The notes beneath the pieces were generated by a model. The model worked only from the letters and a program-made list of their open reading frames with translations, ran no database searches and was not told the DNA's origin. From the IMG/VR virus record IMGVR_UViG_2802428897_000001: a stretch of DNA of 64,000 nucleotides; one strand, 5' to 3'. The stretch comes from a virus. How positions within the stretch are numbered: position 1 is the stretch's first letter; each line of letters begins with the position of its first letter. Both the position numbers and the translations under genes were made by a program. Shown here piece by piece: positions 9,414 to 18,341 of this stretch.

Positions 9414-10564
9414 GTAACGGCACCTCAATATCTGAGCCCGCTATCCGGGTCCTGTCTCTCGGTGCTGGTGTCCAGTCGACAGTGTTGGCGCTCATGGCGT
9501 GCGACGGCACGCTGCCTGGTCTGGATGCTGCGGTGTTCGCTGATACCGGCTGGGAGCCACCTGCGGTCTATGAGCAGGTGGACCGGCTCGGTGCCGAGCT
9601 TGCCCGGGTGGATATCCCGTTGTACCGGGTTTCGTCGGGGAACCTGCGGGCCGACACCCTCGACCCGGAAGCGCGATTCGTTTCGGTGCCATGGTTCACC
9701 TTGGCGCCCAAGGCTACCGAGGTGCCTGTTTATGGCGTATGCGCACCCTGCGGCGGCTCCGGCCGTGGACCATCTGACGAGCCTGATTCATGTTCGGTGT
9801 GCGGTGGCGACGGCCGTGGGTCGATTGTGGGCACCAGGCTAGCCACTGCCACTGAACGGCACGGCATGGGGCGCCGCCAGTGCACCAGCGAGTACAAGCT
9901 CAAGCCGATCAAGGTGAAGGTGCGCGAGCTGCTGGGCTACCCGCATCCGACACCGGTGCCGCGTGATGTGTTCGCAGAGCAGTGGATCGGGTTCTCCACT
10001 GATGAGATCCACCGGGTACGCGACCGGCTGGACGTGAACTACTCCCGGCCGCGTTACCCGCTGCTGGAGCTGGGTATGTCCCGCAAGGACTGCCAGCGCT
10101 GGCTGGAGCGCGCGGGGTGGGGACACACCGCCAAGAGCGCCTGCATTGGGTGCCCGTTCCACGGCAATGCCCAGTGGCGGTACATGTACGAGCGGCGCGA
10201 CATCTGCGCGACGTGCAACCACCCCCGTGACGACCACTGGCGCGGGTTCGACGAACCGAAGGCGTGCGCGCATCTGTACAACCGGGACCAGCCCGAAGCG
10301 CCTGCCGATCTGTGCATGTGTAAGCGGTTCCACTCCCTCTGGGATGACGCGGTCGATTTCGATCGCCGTATCCGCAAGGGCGGCGCCTCGGCCAACCCAC
10401 TCGACGGCGAGGCGTTCCTGCACCGCTCACGAGTTCCGTTGGACCTGGCACCAATCGACCGCGTGACACGTGCCGAGTACGCCGACATGCAGCTCGACCT
10501 ATTCGAGGACGGCGACCCGGACGGCTGCTCACCCTACGGCTGCCGTAGCGGCGAGGTGGCGTGA
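9410..10564 (+). CDS. PAPS-reductase-like adenine nucleotide alpha-hydrolase family protein
   Basis: SLGAGVQST PP-loop-like, FADTGWE, RQCT..YK, KSACIGCPFH. Confidence 0.78.
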   Translation: MSNGTSISEPAIRVLSLGAGVQSTVLALMACDGTLPGLDAAVFADTGWEPPAVYEQVDRLGAELARVDIPLYRVSSGNLRADTLDPEARFVSVPWFTLAPKATEVPVYGVCAPCGGSGRGPSDEPDSCSVCGGDGRGSIVGTRLATATERHGMGRRQCTSEYKLKPIKVKVRELLGYPHPTPVPRDVFAEQWIGFSTDEIHRVRDRLDVNYSRPRYPLLELGMSRKDCQRWLERAGWGHTAKSACIGCPFHGNAQWRYMYERRDICATCNHPRDDHWRGFDEPKACAHLYNRDQPEAPADLCMCKRFHSLWDDAVDFDRRIRKGGASANPLDGEAFLHRSRVPLDLAPIDRVTRAEYADMQLDLFEDGDPDGCSPYGCRSGEVA

Positions 10565-11004
10565 TGGCTGTGCGTAAGTACATATACCGCGTGGTTGTCG
10601 ACGAGTGGCCGACCAAGGACGGCATGCCCTTCATAGACCAAGACTGGCGCTGGTGGGAGCAGATCGTCGACTACTTCCACAACCCCGAGGGTGATGACCC
10701 GTCGCCCGCCTGGCTGCCCGATATCACCGGGTACCTGGAAGACCCGGGTGACGAATGGACGCCGGCGGGTTGGGGTAACAAGCCGCGATTCACCCGCCTT
10801 GTGTGCGAACCCGGAGACGAGCCCGACTACCCGAATGGATATCGGGGCTACGACGACCAGCCCGTGATCGCCGTGCCGATCGCTCCTGCCCGCCGGTTCA
10901 TGCAACGGGCCCAGCCGGACGCGGCGGCAAAACAGCTGCGCGAGTGGGGATGCAAGGCACACGTGGAACGCGCTGCCCTTGGTGATTGGGAGGAGGTGGC
11001 GTAA
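10561..11004 (+). CDS. Hypothetical phage protein
   Basis: Coupled ORF. Confidence 0.65.
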   Translation: MMAVRKYIYRVVVDEWPTKDGMPFIDQDWRWWEQIVDYFHNPEGDDPSPAWLPDITGYLEDPGDEWTPAGWGNKPRFTRLVCEPGDEPDYPNGYRGYDDQPVIAVPIAPARRFMQRAQPDAAAKQLREWGCKAHVERAALGDWEEVA

Positions 11005-11366
11005 TGCCCATACGTCCCGAGAACCGCGATCGCTACCCCAAGGACTGGCCTGAGATCTCGCGCCGCATCCGGTTCGAGCGCGCGCAAGGCCGCTGTGAGT
11101 GCGAGGGCGAGTGCCTGCGCGGTACACACCTCGACCGCTGCCCGAACGTCAACGGGCAGCCCGCCTACGGCACCGGCAGCCGCGTCGTGCTCACCGTGGC
11201 GCACCTGAACCACACCCCCGAGGACTGCCGGGATGAGAACCTGCGCGCGATGTGCCAGGGGTGCCACCTGCACTACGACCTAGAGCACCACGCGCAGACG
11301 CGCCAGCGGGCCCGCACGGCAGCTCTTGAGGCACAGATGGATTCGATGTTCGAGGGAGTGCAGTGA
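11004..11366 (+). CDS. HNH-like endonuclease
   Basis: RCECEGEC, LTVAHLNH, NLRAMCQGCHLHYD. Confidence 0.75.
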   Translation: MPIRPENRDRYPKDWPEISRRIRFERAQGRCECEGECLRGTHLDRCPNVNGQPAYGTGSRVVLTVAHLNHTPEDCRDENLRAMCQGCHLHYDLEHHAQTRQRARTAALEAQMDSMFEGVQ

Positions 11367-11800
11367 TACCGGCCAATACTCCGTGCAAGTGGTGCGACAC
11401 TCCACTCTCCGACTGCGACGGCGCGCGGCCCAGCCGGAAGTGCTGCCCGGACTGCCGACACCACAAGCGCATCCAGCGCAAGCGCACCGCGGGCTGGCGG
11501 ATGCCAGAAGGCGCCATCTACGTCGGGCGGCCGAGCCAGTGGGGCAACCCGTACGTTGCGGGCCCAGGTCGCCCACGAATGCCATGGCTGCCAGAGGGAA
11601 CCGTTCTGACCGTTGAGCAGAGCGTCGCCTGCTATGCCGACATGGTGCATGGCGGTGGCCCGAACATCAACGGCGATAGGTGGCTTACATCGCGAGTCGG
11701 TGTAATTCGCTACCTCCTGGCCGGGCATGACCTCGTGTGCTGGTGCCCGCTCGATCAGCCGTGCCACGCCGACGTGTTGCTTGAGCTGGCCAATGGCTGA
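11363..11800 (+). CDS. DUF4326-like protein
   Basis: YVGRPSQWGNP, LAGHDLVCWC, PCHADVL. Confidence 0.82.
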   Translation: MIPANTPCKWCDTPLSDCDGARPSRKCCPDCRHHKRIQRKRTAGWRMPEGAIYVGRPSQWGNPYVAGPGRPRMPWLPEGTVLTVEQSVACYADMVHGGGPNINGDRWLTSRVGVIRYLLAGHDLVCWCPLDQPCHADVLLELANG

Positions 11801-11933
11801 GCTGCCGCGGGTGCTGTTCACGTATGCCGAATGCCGCGCTCTGGGCCGCTGCACGTACTGCGGTTGGCACCCACCTACGCAGGGCCACCACCCGAATTGC
11901 CCACGTCCACAGAAACGGAAGGGACGTCGATGA
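11793..11933 (+). CDS. Small Zn-binding protein
   Basis: CTYCGWHPPTQGH..C. Confidence 0.55.
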   Translation: MAELPRVLFTYAECRALGRCTYCGWHPPTQGHHPNCPRPQKRKGRR

Positions 11934-12223
11934 GTCGGAACTGGCAGGCCCGCGCTGTGTGCCGGGACGAAGACCCCGAGCTGTTCTTCCCTGACCCGTC
12001 CGACACTGTGACTGCGCGTGCAGCCCAGGCGGTGTGCGCCAAATGTCCTGTGAGGCCGCAGTGCCGGGCCGCCGCCAGCGCGAGGCGCGAACCGTACGGG
12101 ATCTGGGGCGGCGTCAACCGCGAGCTGGACGCGGACAGGCGGCGACGTTCCGCCTTTTCACCCCCGACGAATGAAATCAGCACACCGCCCACCACCCCAT
12201 CGATCGCAGAGGCAGCACAGTGA
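11930..12223 (+). CDS. whiB: WhiB-family transcription factor
   Basis: WQARAVC..DPELFFP, C..CPV...C, GIWGG. Confidence 0.92.
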   Translation: MSRNWQARAVCRDEDPELFFPDPSDTVTARAAQAVCAKCPVRPQCRAAASARREPYGIWGGVNRELDADRRRRSAFSPPTNEISTPPTTPSIAEAAQ

Positions 12224-13353
12224 CGACCCGCGAGTACGCCAAAAACCTGTTCGCCCAATGGTCCGACGACGACTTCTGCAACCAGCCGATCTTCGACAAG
12301 CTGTTCTTCCAGGTCCTCAATGGGCAGCGCGCCGTCAATGCCGCCGGCATCCAGCCGATCAACTTCACTCGCTGGCGCAAGGCCATGCGCGACGGCGACC
12401 ACCTGCCCGCCGTGGGCGACCTGCAGGCCGCGCTGGTTCGCATGGAGCGCCGAGGTTTCGTGTTCACCGACGAGGACACGGGGGAGGTGCTGGTGCGGTC
12501 CCGGATCCGCCGCGACGAACTGGACAAGCAGCCCACCATGTTCCTGGCCGCGCTGCGCCTCCTGGCCGTCATCGACTCGCCCAAGTTCGCCGCTGTACTT
12601 GCCGACGAGCTCGACCGTATGGACGTCCCGGAAGTGAAGGGGGACAAGGACTACGCCAAGCGTCTGCGCGACTCCCTCAACGACACCCACCGGGCGGCCC
12701 GCGCACACCTCAAGACCCTGGCCGACGGATACCCGCAGCCGTTCCCTGAACCGTTCGACGGACTCACCGAGGGACCCTCCCAGGGACCCACCCCTAGACC
12801 CTCTACGGGACCCACCCAAGGACTCACCTCGGGAGGGTCTACGGGACCCACCCCGCGACCTGGGGAAACAGGACCCACCCCGGGACCCTCCCCGAGACCC
12901 ACCCAGGGACCCTCGGGTTCTGGTTCAGGTTCAGGTTCTCTCACCTTGGTAACTACTCAAGTGGGGGGTACGCGTGCGCGCGCACACGAGACCGCCGAAC
13001 CCACACCAGCACCAGACGAACCCCCCACACGATGCAAAGCGCACCGCGACAACCCCGACGCCATCGAGGACAACTGCGGCCCCTGCGCCAACTTCCGCAA
13101 GGCACATGAACGCTGGACCGAACACCAAACACGCGCCCAAGCCCAAGCCAGGGCCGACGCCCTCCACCAAGCCGCCCAACTCCGCGCCCAGGCCATCGCC
13201 GCGTGCGACCTCTGCGACCCAGACGGCTACCTCCCCGGCACCAGCACCGTCTGCAACCACAACCCCACCCAAGCCGAAACCAACGCCCGCGGACGCCAAC
13301 TCGTCCACGCCGCACTCCGCAGCCGAACCCAGCAGGAGACCGACGATGCGTGA
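12220..13353 (+). CDS. Putative replication initiator (N-terminal DNA-binding region, low-complexity linker, C-terminal Zn motifs)
   Basis: Position after WhiB, internal 12-bp repeat array, CGPC and CDLC motifs. Confidence 0.6.
   Translation: MTTREYAKNLFAQWSDDDFCNQPIFDKLFFQVLNGQRAVNAAGIQPINFTRWRKAMRDGDHLPAVGDLQAALVRMERRGFVFTDEDTGEVLVRSRIRRDELDKQPTMFLAALRLLAVIDSPKFAAVLADELDRMDVPEVKGDKDYAKRLRDSLNDTHRAARAHLKTLADGYPQPFPEPFDGLTEGPSQGPTPRPSTGPTQGLTSGGSTGPTPRPGETGPTPGPSPRPTQGPSGSGSGSGSLTLVTTQVGGTRARAHETAEPTPAPDEPPTRCKAHRDNPDAIEDNCGPCANFRKAHERWTEHQTRAQAQARADALHQAAQLRAQAIAACDLCDPDGYLPGTSTVCNHNPTQAETNARGRQLVHAALRSRTQQETDDA
12757..12939 (+). repeat. 13 x 12-bp degenerate tandem repeat (NNNGGACCCWCC) then 4 x GGTTCW; candidate origin iterons
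   Basis: GAGGGACCCTCC CAGGGACCCACC CCTAGACCCTCT ACGGGACCCACC ... read directly. Confidence 0.75.
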
Positions 13354-13585
13354 CCCCTACGACCCCTGGGCCGACGAACGCACACAAGCCCAACCCGACC
13401 TCACCGACATCGCCCAAGCCGAAGCCATCCGCAACTGCCAGCTCTGCGACACCCACGGCCACCGAGACGGACTCCCATGCCGCCACATCGACCACGCAGC
13501 AGCCGCCAAACGAGGACTCGCCACCATCCGCGCCCAAATGGGCTGGAACACCCCCACAGGCACAACCACCCCACAAACCCGCTGA
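13346..13585 (+). CDS. Small Zn-finger protein resembling the C-terminus of the upstream protein
   Basis: AIRNCQLCDTHG..C.H versus AIAACDLCDPDG..CNH; AGGAG RBS. Confidence 0.65.
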   Translation: MRDPYDPWADERTQAQPDLTDIAQAEAIRNCQLCDTHGHRDGLPCRHIDHAAAAKRGLATIRAQMGWNTPTGTTTPQTR

Positions 13586-13716
13586 AAACCGCCCCACGAC
13601 GCCACCAGCAGCCAAAAAACACCCCTGTAACTCACCCCCACCACCCCAAAACCCCGAACCATCAACCACCCAGCCCAAACCCCAGCCAGCACCCCCAACA
13701 AAGAAAATCCACCACC

Positions 13717-14205
13717 ATGCCGCCAGTCATGAACCGCCAAGGCTCAAACCAACGCGCCGAAAAAGCCTGGCAGCTCCACATCGCCGGACGCACATGGCGC
13801 GAAGTCGCCGAGGTCACAGGCTTCAAATCGCCCCAATCGGCCCAGAAAGCCGCCATGTCGTGGCTCAAGAAGAACCCGCCGTCCACCCTCGAAATCGCGC
13901 GCCGCGCGAACGGTGACGGCATCCGCCAGGTTCGCGGAATGCTGATGGAGACCATGGCGAAAGCCAAGGCCAAGGGGGAGCACCGCACCGTGTCTGAGCT
14001 GGGCCGCGCCGTGCTCGACAGCTACGAGAAGGAGGCGAAGCTGTGGGGTCTGTTCGTCGTTGTGCCTGAGGAGGTCAACGTGAACGTCACGACCGCCGTG
14101 GCGGTGCTGGAGCGCGCGGAGTCCGAGCTACTGGCACTGGCTGCGTCGGGCCGGTCGGCTATCTCGGCCCAGCCCGTCATCGATGCCGAGGTGGTCGAGT
14201 CGTGA
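13717..14205 (+). CDS. HTH protein, putative terminase small subunit
   Basis: AWQLHIAGRTWREVAEVTGF HTH; C-terminal VIDAEVV; preceded by the late-promoter motif. Confidence 0.55.
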   Translation: MPPVMNRQGSNQRAEKAWQLHIAGRTWREVAEVTGFKSPQSAQKAAMSWLKKNPPSTLEIARRANGDGIRQVRGMLMETMAKAKAKGEHRTVSELGRAVLDSYEKEAKLWGLFVVVPEEVNVNVTTAVAVLERAESELLALAASGRSAISAQPVIDAEVVES

Positions 14206-14642
14206 CCGCCCCGTCAGATCCGGCACAGGATGCGATCAAGGCCGCGATGTTGGTCGCCAAGGACGTCGCCGAGGGGCGGCTGGACCCGGCCGCGTTGAAC
14301 GCCGCGGTGGTGGCCGAGTGCCGCGAGCTGTTCGCGTTCGTCGCCGGCCCGGGAGATCCGTTGTGGGACATCCACGTCGAGGTGACCCGCCAGGTGCTTG
14401 CTCTCGATGGCATCCCGGTCGACGAGCTGGCCGAGTGGCTGGCCGTGACGCGCCGCGCCCAGGGCATCGAGGCCAAGTCCGAGTCCGGGTGGATGGCACG
14501 CGTGCTGGAGCAGATCGCAGAGGACGACTGCCCGCACCGAGCGCTCAACCCGACCGCTGACGGGATGGTGGAGTGCGACGAATGCGGCGAGCTGCTGCCC
14601 GACCTCAGCGACGACGAGGCAGACGATGCTGTCAGCTATTGA
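14202..14642 (+). CDS. Hypothetical phage protein
   Basis: GTGA coupling; C-terminal CDECG. Confidence 0.7.
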   Translation: MTAPSDPAQDAIKAAMLVAKDVAEGRLDPAALNAAVVAECRELFAFVAGPGDPLWDIHVEVTRQVLALDGIPVDELAEWLAVTRRAQGIEAKSESGWMARVLEQIAEDDCPHRALNPTADGMVECDECGELLPDLSDDEADDAVSY

Positions 14643-14663
14643 GGCACCCGTGAGGCACACGGG

Positions 14664-14793
14664 CGTCTAACTGGGGTATACCCGTGCCAAACAGATTGAA
14701 GAATCGGCGATATCAGCGGTGAAATGCGTAAATACAGTCTAACAAGAGTGGTTGACTAATTGTTAGACAAGGTTCTAATGTGGTCTAGAACCT
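14664..14793. promoter_or_regulatory. Putative three-subsite res site overlapping a SigA-type promoter
   Basis: Imperfect dyad centred on TA/TA 14677-14680; GTCTAACAA-N14-TTGTTAGAC (14737-14768); AGGTTCTA-N8-TAGAACCT (14770-14793); TTGACT-N18-TAATGT. Confidence 0.65.
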
Positions 14794-14813
14794 AGTTGGA
14801 AACGGAGAACTTC

Positions 14814-15053
14814 ATGACCACCGCCACGAAAACCACCGGCTACCTCACCAGCTTCACGACGACCTACCAGATCGAAGGCGTCACCGAAGCCCAGGCCGCG
14901 CGGATCGCCGCCGCTGTCCAGACCGCCCTCCAGGCCGCTCTAACCAACCTCGCCAGCGAAGAGGCCACCACTGCCGCCACGGCGAACGCCAGAGTGCTCG
15001 CGGTCCGAGTGGAGCGCCGCGGCGCACTGGTCGAGGAATACGAGGTCCGATGA
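14814..15053 (+). CDS. Hypothetical protein
   Basis: GGAG RBS; first gene after res-like site. Confidence 0.65.
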   Translation: MTTATKTTGYLTSFTTTYQIEGVTEAQAARIAAAVQTALQAALTNLASEEATTAATANARVLAVRVERRGALVEEYEVR

Positions 15054-15415
15054 GCGCCAGCGAGAAGCTGCAAGCCGCGATCAACGCCCACACCACGGCG
15101 CAACTGCTGTCCTACCTGGCCCACCTGGAGACCATGATCAGCGTGCCGGAGACGCGTCTGGTGGGTGCGCTGATCGCTGACACCATCACGGAGCGCGAGG
15201 GCATTGACGAGGCTCTGGACGCCGTGTTCGCCGACGAGGCGTTCACGGGCAGTTATCTCGACGCGATCCGCATCGCGCTGGCGGACCGGCGCGTGAAGCA
15301 CCAGCGCACGGGCGCGGAGGGCATGTTGCTCAACGAGCGCGGCCGGCCCATCGCGATCGTCCACTGGGACAGCCAGCCGCTACCGACGTGGGCCGAATGG
15401 TCCGACCTCGAATGA
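15050..15415 (+). CDS. Hypothetical protein
   Basis: ATGA coupling. Confidence 0.65.
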   Translation: MSASEKLQAAINAHTTAQLLSYLAHLETMISVPETRLVGALIADTITEREGIDEALDAVFADEAFTGSYLDAIRIALADRRVKHQRTGAEGMLLNERGRPIAIVHWDSQPLPTWAEWSDLE

Positions 15416-15435
15416 CGACAGGGGATGATGACCCG

Positions 15436-16017
15436 ATGAGCGACACGAAAGCGGGGCAGCAGGTCGGCTACGTGCGGGTGTCGACGCTGGACCAGAACAC
15501 CGAACGTCAGCTCGACGGCATCGAGGTTGATAAGCGGTTCGAGGACAAGGCCAGCGGCAAGGACACTGCCCGGCCGGCGCTCACCGAGGCGCTCGGCTAC
15601 GTGCGCGACGGCGACACGCTGGTGGTCCACTCGATGGATCGGCTGGCGCGCTCGCTGGAGGATCTACGGCGCACCGTGCGGGAGCTGACCGCGCGGGGCG
15701 TGCGGGTCCACTTCGTCAAGGAGAACCTCACGTTCACGGGCGACGATTCGCCGATGTCCACGCTGCTGCTGTCGATGCTGGGCGCGGTGGCGGAGTTCGA
15801 GCGGTCGATGATCCGGGAGCGTCAGCGCGAGGGCATCGAGCTCGCGAAGGCGAAGGGCGTGTACAAGGGCCGCAGGCCAGCGCTGACGGGTGAGCAGACA
15901 GCCGAAGTGTTGGAGCGGCTTGCGGCTGGTGAGCATCCGGTGGATTTAGCGCGCGAGTTCGGGGTGTCCCGCGCGACGGTCTACAACGTGCGCGCCCGGG
16001 CCGCAGAGGATGGCTGA
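15436..16017 (+). CDS. Small serine recombinase (resolvase/invertase family)
   Basis: GYVRVSTLDQ catalytic motif, GDTLVVHSMDRLARS, AEFER..IRERQREG, C-terminal HTH. Confidence 0.95.
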   Translation: MSDTKAGQQVGYVRVSTLDQNTERQLDGIEVDKRFEDKASGKDTARPALTEALGYVRDGDTLVVHSMDRLARSLEDLRRTVRELTARGVRVHFVKENLTFTGDDSPMSTLLLSMLGAVAEFERSMIRERQREGIELAKAKGVYKGRRPALTGEQTAEVLERLAAGEHPVDLAREFGVSRATVYNVRARAAEDG

Positions 16018-16487
16018 GGTCGGGTTCGTTGGGTGAGCGTTCGGCTGGCCCGACACGCCCGAGGTGTTTCAGATGCCCGGTTCTAAGAAAACGATGGACT
16101 ACTGTTTGCCATCATCTACCCATAGCTCACAGGTTGTCCACAAGCTTGGAAGCTGGTTAGCAGCTATTTCGGCGTTTATCCACAGTCGTGGATCTTGAGG
16201 CGTCCACAGGGCTGAGTTCTAAGAATCTGGGTGTTGCGCGTAATTGGTGTTGCCGCCACGTGATTTGGGCTACTTACACCGATAAGATTCTGCAGGTCGG
16301 ATAGGTGCCCCAGGCCAGATGCCTGGTGGTGGCGTCACGGCCTGGGACCCCAATTCCCTGTTGGCGACAGGTTTTGAAGGTATCAGGTACGCCGTATCAC
16401 CGCCAAAAATTGGTGGGATGGCGTGAGCGTGCCGTCACCCCTTTCCGACCTTGCGTGGGCAAGTGACCTGCGCAGGAAGGAATTGAA

Positions 16488-17084
16488 GTGATTGATATGA
16501 AGATTGTCCGCGGCGTGGCTGCGGGCGTGTTGGCTGTCGGCGCGTTCGCGTTGTCGGCTTGCAGTGCGGACGATTCGGGTAGCACGGACTACAACCAGAT
16601 GAATACCTCGGTGAAAGTCAAGGGCCATGGCCCGGGCTGGGGGAGCGATGAGTTCGAGGGCACTGTGAGTGTGGATGCGGGCCCGACGTGCGCGACGGCC
16701 GATGATGGTCGTGTCGTGGTGTTCCACGTAAGTGCGGGTGCGTCGAAGGGCGCGATTCCGACGGCCAATTGGAGGCTGCAGACCGGCAACGTTGAGCCGG
16801 TGAAGAACGGCAAGTTTGATCTGGGTTCGTTCGGTGGGCCGCTGCTTGGCTCTCCGGTCGACAACGCTCATGCGTGGGGCGACATCGTTTTCGCTGTCCC
16901 GCCGAAGACCGTTCCTACCGCGTTGGAGTTGTTCGGGGACTCGGATTCGTTCGGCAGTAGTGGTTCGGGCAAGCTGTTGGCGAGGTGGGCGACGCCATAC
17001 GCGGAGAAGACGACGGCCATGTGCACCGGGGAGCTGCTGTCGGTGTCGACTGCTCCTACGACGACTCCGGCGTATCCGAGATAG
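16488..17084 (+). CDS. Lipoprotein
   Basis: Signal peptide with lipobox LSAC; beta-rich body. Confidence 0.75.
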   Translation: MIDMKIVRGVAAGVLAVGAFALSACSADDSGSTDYNQMNTSVKVKGHGPGWGSDEFEGTVSVDAGPTCATADDGRVVVFHVSAGASKGAIPTANWRLQTGNVEPVKNGKFDLGSFGGPLLGSPVDNAHAWGDIVFAVPPKTVPTALELFGDSDSFGSSGSGKLLARWATPYAEKTTAMCTGELLSVSTAPTTTPAYPR

Positions 17085-17260
17085 TTGATCGGTGGCCCCC
17101 TTTCGGACGGTGGTTGGGGAAGACAGCCGTTTCGGAAGGGGGCCTATCCCCGGTGTCTGTTTGTGTGCGACGAGTTTTCGCGTTTGGATCTTGAAGCCTG
17201 AGTGGAGGCGATAGCGTGACGCCCGCCTCGGCAGGGTGCTGGGGCCGAGAGGGGCAATCG

Positions 17261-17413
17261 ATGGCTGATAGTGATCTGACGAAAGAGACTCGGCAGGCGT
17301 TGTTGACGGCGATCAAGGAAACTGCTCCGAATGCGACGGCATCGGGGTTGCATGAATTGGCCTCGGCGTTCGCCTTGACAGTTGGTGCATATCCTCAGCA
17401 GTTGCCGGGGTAG
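17261..17413 (+). CDS. Small hypothetical protein
   Basis: GAGGGG RBS, 50 aa, followed by hairpin. Confidence 0.5.
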   Translation: MADSDLTKETRQALLTAIKETAPNATASGLHELASAFALTVGAYPQQLPG

Positions 17414-17443
17414 ACGCTTCCGTATTCATAGTTTTCAAAACCC

Positions 17444-17489
17444 GCTGCGGCCACCCACGCCGATAATTGGCTGGGTGGCCGCAGCTTTC
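17444..17489. terminator. Probable bidirectional terminator between convergent genes
   Basis: 14-bp perfect stem GCTGCGGCCACCCA / TGGGTGGCCGCAGC. Confidence 0.7.
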
Positions 17490-17508
17490 GCGTTGGGATC
17501 AGGTGGCG

Positions 17509-17742
17509 TCAGGGGCCGAGCGGTACTTGGTTGATGGTTCCCTTGACGTTGTCGCGGTCTTGGCCTTCCCACGAGTTGGCGTACTGCTCAATTTGTGCCT
17601 TGGCTCCATCGAGGGACCTGTGGGCGGTGAGGATGCTTTCGCCGTTCCTGGGATGGATGACGGTGGCAACGTAGATCTGTTCTGGCGGTCGCATCATCGC
17701 GGCCATGTCGGTGAATGCGCCACCCGATGTCATTTCCTGCAT
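17509..17742 (-). CDS. Hypothetical protein
   Basis: ORF immediately downstream of the DUF2188-like stop; start uncertain. Confidence 0.5.
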   Translation of the reverse strand: MQEMTSGGAFTDMAAMMRPPEQIYVATVIHPRNGESILTAHRSLDGAKAQIEQYANSWEGQDRDNVKGTINQVPLGP

Positions 17743-17745
17743 TGC

Positions 17746-18339
17746 TCAGCCCTTCGGCGGGTAGGGGTCGTTGCCGGGCGCGATGGTGTCCTTGGCTCGG
17801 ATCTTGCCCTGCTTGTCGTGGATGTTGAGTTCACCGCCGCCGCTGTTGCCGAGGATGGTGCGCGCGCGGTCGACGGCTTCAGCCTGGGTTTCGAAGTGAC
17901 CGCTAGATCGGGGAGAGCCGGGCTTCTGGATGTCCCAACCGCCGCGGTCGGCGTTGGGTACAACGTGGCGGGCTTCTGGCTTCTTGTTGGTCACGGTGTG
18001 TTCCTCCTGGTGGCTGGAATGGATGGTGACGTTAGTAGCGACCGGGCCACTACGGGGGTGGTTTTCGAAGTATTCGACTAGCGCGGCCCTTACCAATCCG
18101 GATTCTGAGCTGACCTCGCCGTCGTCGACGCGGCGTTGCATCTCGGACCGGATCGATGCCGGTAGCCGTACGGGCAATGCGGGGGTCTTGCCGGATAAGC
18201 GCGTGGTGCCTTTGGTGGGTCTTCCGATGGGGAGAAGTGCGGCATCGGCGCCGAACTCGACGGGCCCCTTTACGGAGTATCGGCCGTCTTCGATGGCTCG
18301 GCTCATTTCTTCGTAGTCGCGCGGGTCTCGTTTTGCCAT
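17746..18339 (-). CDS. Ribbon-helix-helix antitoxin reading in frame into a DUF2188-like domain (internal RBS + GTG at 17994)
   Basis: GRP..KTPALPVRLPASIRSEM..SESGLVRAALVEY (RHH); HVVP..GGW..HFETQAEA..IHDKQGKIR (DUF2188). Confidence 0.7.
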   Translation of the reverse strand: MAKRDPRDYEEMSRAIEDGRYSVKGPVEFGADAALLPIGRPTKGTTRLSGKTPALPVRLPASIRSEMQRRVDDGEVSSESGLVRAALVEYFENHPRSGPVATNVTIHSSHQEEHTVTNKKPEARHVVPNADRGGWDIQKPGSPRSSGHFETQAEAVDRARTILGNSGGGELNIHDKQGKIRAKDTIAPGNDPYPPKG

Positions 18340-18341
18340 GC

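Noticed and set aside
12757..12939. CRISPR array
   Set aside because: 12-bp degenerate units with no unique spacers and no cas genes
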